Assembly: GCA_964350815.1 (NCBI GenBank)
Contig: CAYGKW010000001.1
Coordinates: 3,980-67,979, forward strand
Direction: 5' to 3'
DNA length: 64,000 nucleotides
DNA from: an uncultured Rhizobiaceae bacterium
GTDB lineage: Bacteria > Pseudomonadota > Alphaproteobacteria > UBA7879 > VGCX01
Shown here in pieces: positions 57,679-64,000 of this stretch. Position numbers and translations under genes: made by a program. Numbering within the stretch: position 1 is the stretch's first letter; the number at the start of each line of letters is the position of its first letter. Below the pieces are notes generated by a model. It was not told where the DNA came from. It searched no databases and saw only the letters and a list, made by a program, of their open reading frames with translations.

Positions 57679-58973
57679 ACCTGGAAAATAAACTTACCAA
57701 TTTTCTAAATAATATAGATTTCAATCCACAATCCAAAATTGCTGTTGCTGTATCCGGTGGGCAAGACAGCATGGCTTTGGCTTTGGCTTTGAAATCTCAA
57801 GAAAAAAAGTATGGCTACATATTATATGCAACTCATGTTAACCATAAACTCCGTGCAGAATCTGATATTGAGGCCAAAAAAGTTCAAGAATGGATGGAAA
57901 AGGCCAATATTCCATGTACTGTTTTAGATTGGGATCACCCCAAAATTAACACAAAAGTTCAAGAAACAGCCCGGCAAGGGCGTTATGAATTATTATCCAA
58001 TGCAGCCAAAGAACAAAATATCAAAGCCATTTTCTTAGCCCACCACAAAGAGGATCAATACGAAACTGTTTTATATCGACTAAGTTGTGCAACGGGTATG
58101 GATGGTTTGGCCAGCATCCCCCCCATTTCAATCAAAGACACTATTCCCTATTTGCGGCCTTTTTTATCTGTATCAAAAAAAGATCTTATCCAGTATTTAG
58201 GCACCCATCCTTATATCCAAGATCCAAGCAACAGTAACGATACATATACACGTGTTAAATTCCGCAACCAAACTGGTGCTTTATCTGCGCTTGGTTTAAC
58301 CGTTGATGCCCTTGTTGAAGTTGCCGATAAAGCATCAAAAAATCGGATATTGATTGAAGAATTAACAGACCAAGTTTTTGAAAAATATATTGAAATAAAT
58401 CCCCTAGGGTATGCCGTTATGTCGCCTGCTTTATTGAAAGAAGTAAACCCAGAAATACAGTATCGCGTGCTGGAAAATTTGCTGATGCAAATTGGGGGGA
58501 ATTCAAAATTCTTAAGACAGAAAAACATAAAAGAATTCATTGATAAAAATCTTAAAAACCCTATATTTAAAGGGGACAGCATTGGAAATTGTCTTGTGCG
58601 TCCTTATCAAAAAAAATGGTTATTTATCCGCGAGCCTGAAAAAATTAAGGATAAAAAGGGTGTTACGCCCTCAGTATATTGGGATAACAGGTTTTTAATT
58701 TCTGGCCTTAAAAACAATCCAGAACAGTATATCACAGCCCTTGGTAAAAATTGGGAAAAGTACAAAGATTTTTTTGCTAACTTTGCAGATCTTCCAAGTT
58801 ATTTTTGGCAGACAATTCCGGCCATTTATGATAAGAATGGTAAAGTTTTAGAAATTATAGTGCACGACGGGAAAGATTTCGGTATTCTGGGAAAGAATAT
58901 TAAGATAGAATTTTCACCTTACTGCACACAATATCAAGCAATTTTTGATTTAGAAAAAAGGATCACTTTATGA
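57663..58973 (+). CDS. tilS: tRNA(Ile)-lysidine synthetase
   Basis: [38 protein letters not shown]...YTRVKFR. Confidence 0.95.
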   Translation: MSCKLDLENKLTNFLNNIDFNPQSKIAVAVSGGQDSMALALALKSQEKKYGYILYATHVNHKLRAESDIEAKKVQEWMEKANIPCTVLDWDHPKINTKVQETARQGRYELLSNAAKEQNIKAIFLAHHKEDQYETVLYRLSCATGMDGLASIPPISIKDTIPYLRPFLSVSKKDLIQYLGTHPYIQDPSNSNDTYTRVKFRNQTGALSALGLTVDALVEVADKASKNRILIEELTDQVFEKYIEINPLGYAVMSPALLKEVNPEIQYRVLENLLMQIGGNSKFLRQKNIKEFIDKNLKNPIFKGDSIGNCLVRPYQKKWLFIREPEKIKDKKGVTPSVYWDNRFLISGLKNNPEQYITALGKNWEKYKDFFANFADLPSYFWQTIPAIYDKNGKVLEIIVHDGKDFGILGKNIKIEFSPYCTQYQAIFDLEKRITL

Positions 58974-60880
58974 ACAACAATATTCGCAATTTTTGGATGT
59001 TAATGGTTATTGTCATTGGACTTTTTGCCGTTTACAACCTATTTGAAAATAACGGCGAACAAGCCGGATCAAAAGTTCTTGATTATACTGCCTTTCGCAC
59101 GGCTGTCACACAAAATCAAATCAGTGAAGTTATCCTTAAAGGGGATACTGTTGTGGGGCGTCAAAATGATGGCCAAAAATTCATTACACGTATTCCAGAA
59201 AATAGTCTTTTTGCAGATGATCTTGCCAGCAAAGGCGTAAAAGTTGAAGCCGTCAACCGGGATGAAAATTACCCATCCTTGTTTAGTATCTTTATTTCTT
59301 GGTTCCCTATCTTATTATTTATTGGTGTGTGGGTATATTTTTACCGCCAAATGCAATCTGGTGGTGGTGGAAAGGCTATGGGCTTTGGAAAATCCAAAGC
59401 AAAAATGCTGTCTGAAGATAAATTAAAAGTTACCTTTAAAGATGTGGCCGGCATTGAAGAAGCTAAAGAAGAATTGGTTGAAATCGTTGACTTCTTAAAA
59501 GATCCAGAAAAATTCCGTCGTATTGGGGGACGCATCCCCAAAGGTGTTTTGTTAATGGGATCCCCTGGAACGGGAAAAACACTTTTGGCCAAAGCCATTG
59601 CAGGCGAAGCCCACGTGCCATTCTTTTCTATATCAGGTTCTGATTTTGTTGAAATGTTTGTTGGTGTTGGGGCAAGCCGCGTGCGTGACATGTTTTTACA
59701 AGCCAAAAAAGGGGCCCCTTGCATTATTTTCATTGATGAAATTGATGCTGTCGGACGTCACCGTGGTGCCGGGCTTGGGGGCGGAAATGATGAACGTGAA
59801 CAAACCCTAAACCAACTTTTGGTTGAAATGGATGGTTTTGACGAAAATGAAAGTGTTATTGTTATTGCGGCAACAAACCGCCCTGATGTCTTAGACCCTG
59901 CCCTAATGCGCCCAGGTCGATTTGACCGCCAGGTTGTTGTCCCCTTGCCTGACCTTGATGGACGCGAAGCAATTCTAAAAGTTCACATGAAAAAAGTATC
60001 TTTAACTGATGATGTTGATCCCAAAGTTATTGCGCGCGGGACGCCAGGATTTTCTGGGGCTGACCTTCAGAACTTGGTTAACGAAGCGGCCCTTCTTGCC
60101 GCACGCCACAACAAACGCGCTGTCAGCATGGCACATTTAGAAGAAGCAAAAGATAAAGTCATGATGGGCTCTGAACGTCGATCAATGGTCATGTCAGATG
60201 AAGAAAAGAAACTAACAGCATATCATGAAGGTGGCCATGCTTTGGTTGCACATTACATGGAAGATTCAGATCCCATTCACAAAGCCACAATCATCCCACG
60301 GGGACGCGCCTTGGGAATGGTTATGCGATTACCAGAACGTGACCAATTATCAGTAACTTTGGCTAAATTAAAAGCCGATCTTGCTGTTGCCATGGGTGGC
60401 CGTATTGCTGAAGAAATAATTTTTGGAAAAAACAAAGTAACTACAGGGGCCTCATCCGATATTCGCATGGCAACTGATTTAGCCAAGCGCATGGTAATGG
60501 AATGGGGACTAAGTGAAAAGCTTGGACCTTTATCATATGGGGCACCACAACAAGAAGTATTTCTTGGACATTCTGTAACGCAAACACAAGAAATGTCTGA
60601 AAAAACCCAAGAGACTGTTGACCAAGAAATTCGTCGTATTGTTGATGAAGGATATGATGTTGCCTACAAATTGATCAAAAAGCACATTAAAAAACTGCAT
60701 GATTTGGCTGGGGCGTTGCTTGAATATGAAACCTTAAGTGGGGATGATATTGATCAAGTATTAAAGGGTAAAAGAATTGGACGCACCCCCCCTGCCAAAG
60801 CAAAGAAGAAGGCTGTGAAAAAACCTAAGTCTTCAATTCCTGGAATGACAGGCCCTGCGCCAGAACCACAAGGGGCATAA
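58970..60880 (+). CDS. ftsH: ATP-dependent zinc metalloprotease FtsH
   Basis: [30 protein letters not shown]. Confidence 0.98.
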   Translation: MNNNIRNFWMLMVIVIGLFAVYNLFENNGEQAGSKVLDYTAFRTAVTQNQISEVILKGDTVVGRQNDGQKFITRIPENSLFADDLASKGVKVEAVNRDENYPSLFSIFISWFPILLFIGVWVYFYRQMQSGGGGKAMGFGKSKAKMLSEDKLKVTFKDVAGIEEAKEELVEIVDFLKDPEKFRRIGGRIPKGVLLMGSPGTGKTLLAKAIAGEAHVPFFSISGSDFVEMFVGVGASRVRDMFLQAKKGAPCIIFIDEIDAVGRHRGAGLGGGNDEREQTLNQLLVEMDGFDENESVIVIAATNRPDVLDPALMRPGRFDRQVVVPLPDLDGREAILKVHMKKVSLTDDVDPKVIARGTPGFSGADLQNLVNEAALLAARHNKRAVSMAHLEEAKDKVMMGSERRSMVMSDEEKKLTAYHEGGHALVAHYMEDSDPIHKATIIPRGRALGMVMRLPERDQLSVTLAKLKADLAVAMGGRIAEEIIFGKNKVTTGASSDIRMATDLAKRMVMEWGLSEKLGPLSYGAPQQEVFLGHSVTQTQEMSEKTQETVDQEIRRIVDEGYDVAYKLIKKHIKKLHDLAGALLEYETLSGDDIDQVLKGKRIGRTPPAKAKKKAVKKPKSSIPGMTGPAPEPQGA

Positions 60881-60883
60881 AAC

Positions 60884-62233
60884 GTGACCAAGAAAATCTT
60901 TGGAACAGATGGAATTCGTTCAACTGTTAATAAAGAACCTTTAACAGCCAGCACAATATTAAAGGTTGCCCAAGCAACTGGTCTGCAATTTATGCGCGGG
61001 GATCACCGTCACCTTGTTGTCATCGCTAAAGACACCCGCCTTTCTGGCTACATGGTAGAACCTGCTTTAACAGCAGGATTTACATCTGTTGGGATGGACG
61101 TTATTTTGGTTGGACCAATGCCAACGCCTGCTGTTTCTATGTTAATCCGGTCACTGCGCGCTGACTTAGGGGTGATGATTTCAGCGTCCCATAATCCAGC
61201 TGATGATAATGGCATTAAAATATTTGGGCCTGATGGAAGAAAATTACCTGATTCGGTTGAAAAAGAAATTGAAAATAAAATATTAAATTTGCAAGAAAGT
61301 GATCTTGTTTCACCTGCAAATCTTGGTCGCGCCAGACGTTTGGATGATGCCCCAGGCCGTTATATAGAGCATATAAAAAACACCTTTCCAAAAGGTAAAA
61401 CATTGCAAGGTCTTAAAATTATTATTGATTGTGCCAATGGCGCAGCTTATAAAATTGCCCCCACCGTTTTATGGGAACTGGGGGCTGACATTATATCCAT
61501 TGGTGATGACCCTGACGGACACAATATCAATAAAAATTGTGGGGCCACAGCAACAGAGGCGTTAAAAAGATCTGTTGTTGATAATAAGGCACATATAGGC
61601 ATTGCTTTGGATGGGGACGCTGACAGAATCATTGTCTCAGACGAGAAAGGCAATATCATTGATGGGGATCAAATCATTGCCTCCCTTGCACGATATTGGC
61701 AAAAAGAAAACAAGTTAAATAAGAATACAGTTGTCACAACCCAGATGTCCAATATTGGTCTGGAACATTACCTGACAAAAAAGGGTATCCAAATGATCCG
61801 CACCCAGGTTGGGGATCGATATGTGACAACTGAAATGTTTAAAAATGGATATAATCTTGGCGGCGAACAATCTGGGCATATTATCCTAAGTGATTATGGC
61901 ACAACTGGCGATGGCCTGCTTGCAGGCTTGCAAATTTTATCCCTGCTTGTGGACAGCAATAAACCAGCCAGTAATATATTACAAAAATTCAGTCCAGTTC
62001 CTCAGCTGTTAAAAAATTATAAATTTAAAGACATAGACCTTTTGGATAACAAAACTGTCAAAGAATGTATGGAAGCAGCTGAAAAAAAATTAATTGATGC
62101 AAAAGGGCGTCTTTTAATTCGAAAATCTGGAACAGAACCCCTGGTCCGCGTTATGGCTGAATGCGAAGATTCAGAACTGTTAATCTCTATTATTGATGAC
62201 ATTATCCTTTGTCTTAAAGAAAATGATGCCTAA
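60884..62233 (+). CDS. glmM: phosphoglucosamine mutase
   Basis: FGTDGIR, MISASHNP, DGDADR, GGEQSGH, RKSGTEP. Confidence 0.97.
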   Translation: MTKKIFGTDGIRSTVNKEPLTASTILKVAQATGLQFMRGDHRHLVVIAKDTRLSGYMVEPALTAGFTSVGMDVILVGPMPTPAVSMLIRSLRADLGVMISASHNPADDNGIKIFGPDGRKLPDSVEKEIENKILNLQESDLVSPANLGRARRLDDAPGRYIEHIKNTFPKGKTLQGLKIIIDCANGAAYKIAPTVLWELGADIISIGDDPDGHNINKNCGATATEALKRSVVDNKAHIGIALDGDADRIIVSDEKGNIIDGDQIIASLARYWQKENKLNKNTVVTTQMSNIGLEHYLTKKGIQMIRTQVGDRYVTTEMFKNGYNLGGEQSGHIILSDYGTTGDGLLAGLQILSLLVDSNKPASNILQKFSPVPQLLKNYKFKDIDLLDNKTVKECMEAAEKKLIDAKGRLLIRKSGTEPLVRVMAECEDSELLISIIDDIILCLKENDA

Positions 62234-62280
62234 ATAAAATCACACAGGCACCTCTAAATATTTTCAAAACATAAAAATTT

Positions 62281-62306
62281 AACCCTGCACTAATGCAGGG
62301 TTTTTA
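62281..62306. terminator. bidirectional intrinsic terminator between convergent genes
   Basis: AACCCTGCA-CTAA-TGCAGGGTT followed by T tract. Confidence 0.75.
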
Positions 62307-62324
62307 ATTTAAAAATTTCATAGA

Positions 62325-63061
62325 TTAAACGTCTGGATAGATATTCAAGGCACGTCTTAGATCTGCTTTTCTGTTTGCAGGATCAATGCCATCATAAAGA
62401 TCGGCAAAGTCTTCAGCCGTGACACCTTTTTGTTTTGCCAAATTCATAATGCTATTAAAATCTGGTTGTAGATCTAAAAAGTCTCTTGCCACGCCCCCAG
62501 CTTCTATATTATGTACTGAAACTATTCACTGTAACGTTCAATCACTGCACGAACATGCACTGCTTTGTCTGCGGCATCAGCCATAACTGCAAATTGCTCA
62601 GCAGTTAATCCAGCGGCTCTTGCTGCTGCTATATCACGAGCATCAGCTCCAAATAGGGCAGCGAAGTCTCTTCCACCAGCATCATGGGCTGCGGCGTCTG
62701 TAACAAACGTATGAAGTTCAATCGCTGCACGAACATGTGCTGCTCTTGCTGCTGCACCTGCTGCATCACCATCTGGATTTGCTGCATTGGCAGCATCAGC
62801 TAGGTCAGAAAATCCTGCAGCATCTACTCCAGAAACTCTTGCTGCTTCTATAACGGCATCAGCATCTGCTCTGAATAGGACACCAAAGTCTCTTGGTGCT
62901 CCACCAGCATCATGGGCTGCGGCTGCTTCAATGTATGCATTAAGATCAATCTCTGCACGAACATGTGCTGCTCTTGCTGCTTCATCTTCTGCAGAAAAAG
63001 CGTCAGCCGAAATTAACATCACTGCAATCATTAATAATAATTTTAATTTATTATTTTTCAT
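62325..63061 (-). pseudogene. secreted Ala/Asp-rich protein with three ~65-75-aa repeats, frameshifted near 62522
   Basis: ORF 62522-63061 stops inside repeat 3; shifted frame 62325-62522 continues VSVHNIEAGGVARDFLDLQ...GVTAEDFADLYD, matching HDAGG..RDF...GLTAEQF of repeats 1-2. Confidence 0.8.
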
Positions 63062-63128
63062 TTACTAATCCTCTTTTTATAAATGTTAGCTTTTATATAG
63101 TTTTTATTTTTTTATTTTAAAGACTTCG

Positions 63129-63857
63129 TTAAAACTTTTTGGTTACTGTAACCATCAACGTATGGTATTCAGGCTTAATCTTGTTAGAAACACTAAATTT
63201 CCCGCCACTGAATTCACCACTAAGTTTTAATTTTTGATATTTGGCATATTGATACCTTAAACCAGCTTCGATCATGCCCATATCCCAAGACATACCGACC
63301 CAAGGACCCAAACCGAATCTTGATTTCCTTCTGACAACACCACCAACGCCTGGTGTATATGAACCTGTTGCAGTCGCTTGATATTGGAATTGGCTGTGCA
63401 ATACATCCAAACCAGCTAACATAGACAGCTTATCAGAAACGCCTTTTTTGGCCGCAAGACCCAAAGAAAAAGTACGATTTCTTTTTAATTTCATTGAAGT
63501 AATAGTTGGCACCCCTAAATCTCTATCAAACGTAGTACTTAAAGGCATTTCATGATCATATTTTGCTTTCGTTGTATCAACTAAATATCCTGCTTCAAAT
63601 AATAAAGAAACTGCAGACATTTCGTATTCATACCCAGCCATGACTTTACCAACAAAGGCATCATCTTTTAATTTACGTTCCCCAAAGCCATAGGATTCAT
63701 TTTCACCTGCTACTTCATCATATGCCACTGAAGTCGTCTTATTTTACATATTTGCATATGCTTTTCCAAGACCAAAACCAACATATGCGCCACTGTTAGC
63801 ATGGGAGTTTCCTGCAAGTACGGCTGCTACAGCAACACCTAACAATATTTTCTTCAT
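63129..63857 (-). pseudogene. outer-membrane beta-barrel protein with an in-frame premature stop
   Basis: ATG 63857 MKKILLGVAVAAVLAGNSHANSGAYVGFGLGKAYANM-TAA (63744-63746), then the same frame continues into ORF 63129-63728 ending in VTVTKKF. Confidence 0.82.
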
Positions 63858-64000
63858 TTTATATCCTTTTTTTTACGCGTTATCTGAAGCAACCCTATTT
63901 CGATCTTAAATATAATACAATAAAGTTCAAGTTTTTTATCTTTTTTTATCTAGTTTATATCCGGATTTTGCAGAATTAATAATAATTATATTAATGTTTT

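Overview
AT-rich alphaproteobacterial chromosome segment. The alphaproteobacterial call rests on ALA synthase hemA, a stand-alone F1 atpHAGDC operon and the kdsD-lptCAB-hpf order; a host-associated Holosporales/Rickettsiales-like organism is my inference. The backbone is intact housekeeping genes (tpiA, ppiD, msrA/B, xerD, xerC, atp, lpt, trhO, PBP1A, gyrB-recF-dnaN, lpxC, hemA, rlmE, RND pump, priA, cpoB-tilS-ftsH-glmM), interspersed with orphan signal-peptide proteins. Highlights read from the sequence: (1) a eukaryote-type mitochondrial carrier (SLC25) gene with three intact signature motifs, a Sec-like signal peptide and an apparent leaderless sigma70 promoter; (2) two unannotated copies of a 41-aa Cys-rich lipoprotein gene (10 synonymous vs 1 non-synonymous difference), each heading a different secreted protein; (3) a candidate ~160-nt structured sRNA upstream of a LysR gene; (4) a ~425-bp diverged duplication (475-bp offset) preserving a 25-codon antisense ORF; (5) a phosphoethanolamine-methyltransferase-like gene split at a G9 tract; (6) three more accessory secreted/surface genes broken by single lesions; (7) a REP/RPE-like palindrome with compensatory changes; (8) a cNMP-domain SLC13 permease clustered with two binding proteins. 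No rRNA, tRNA, CRISPR array, transposase or prophage was seen. All family assignments come from motif recognition, not database searches.
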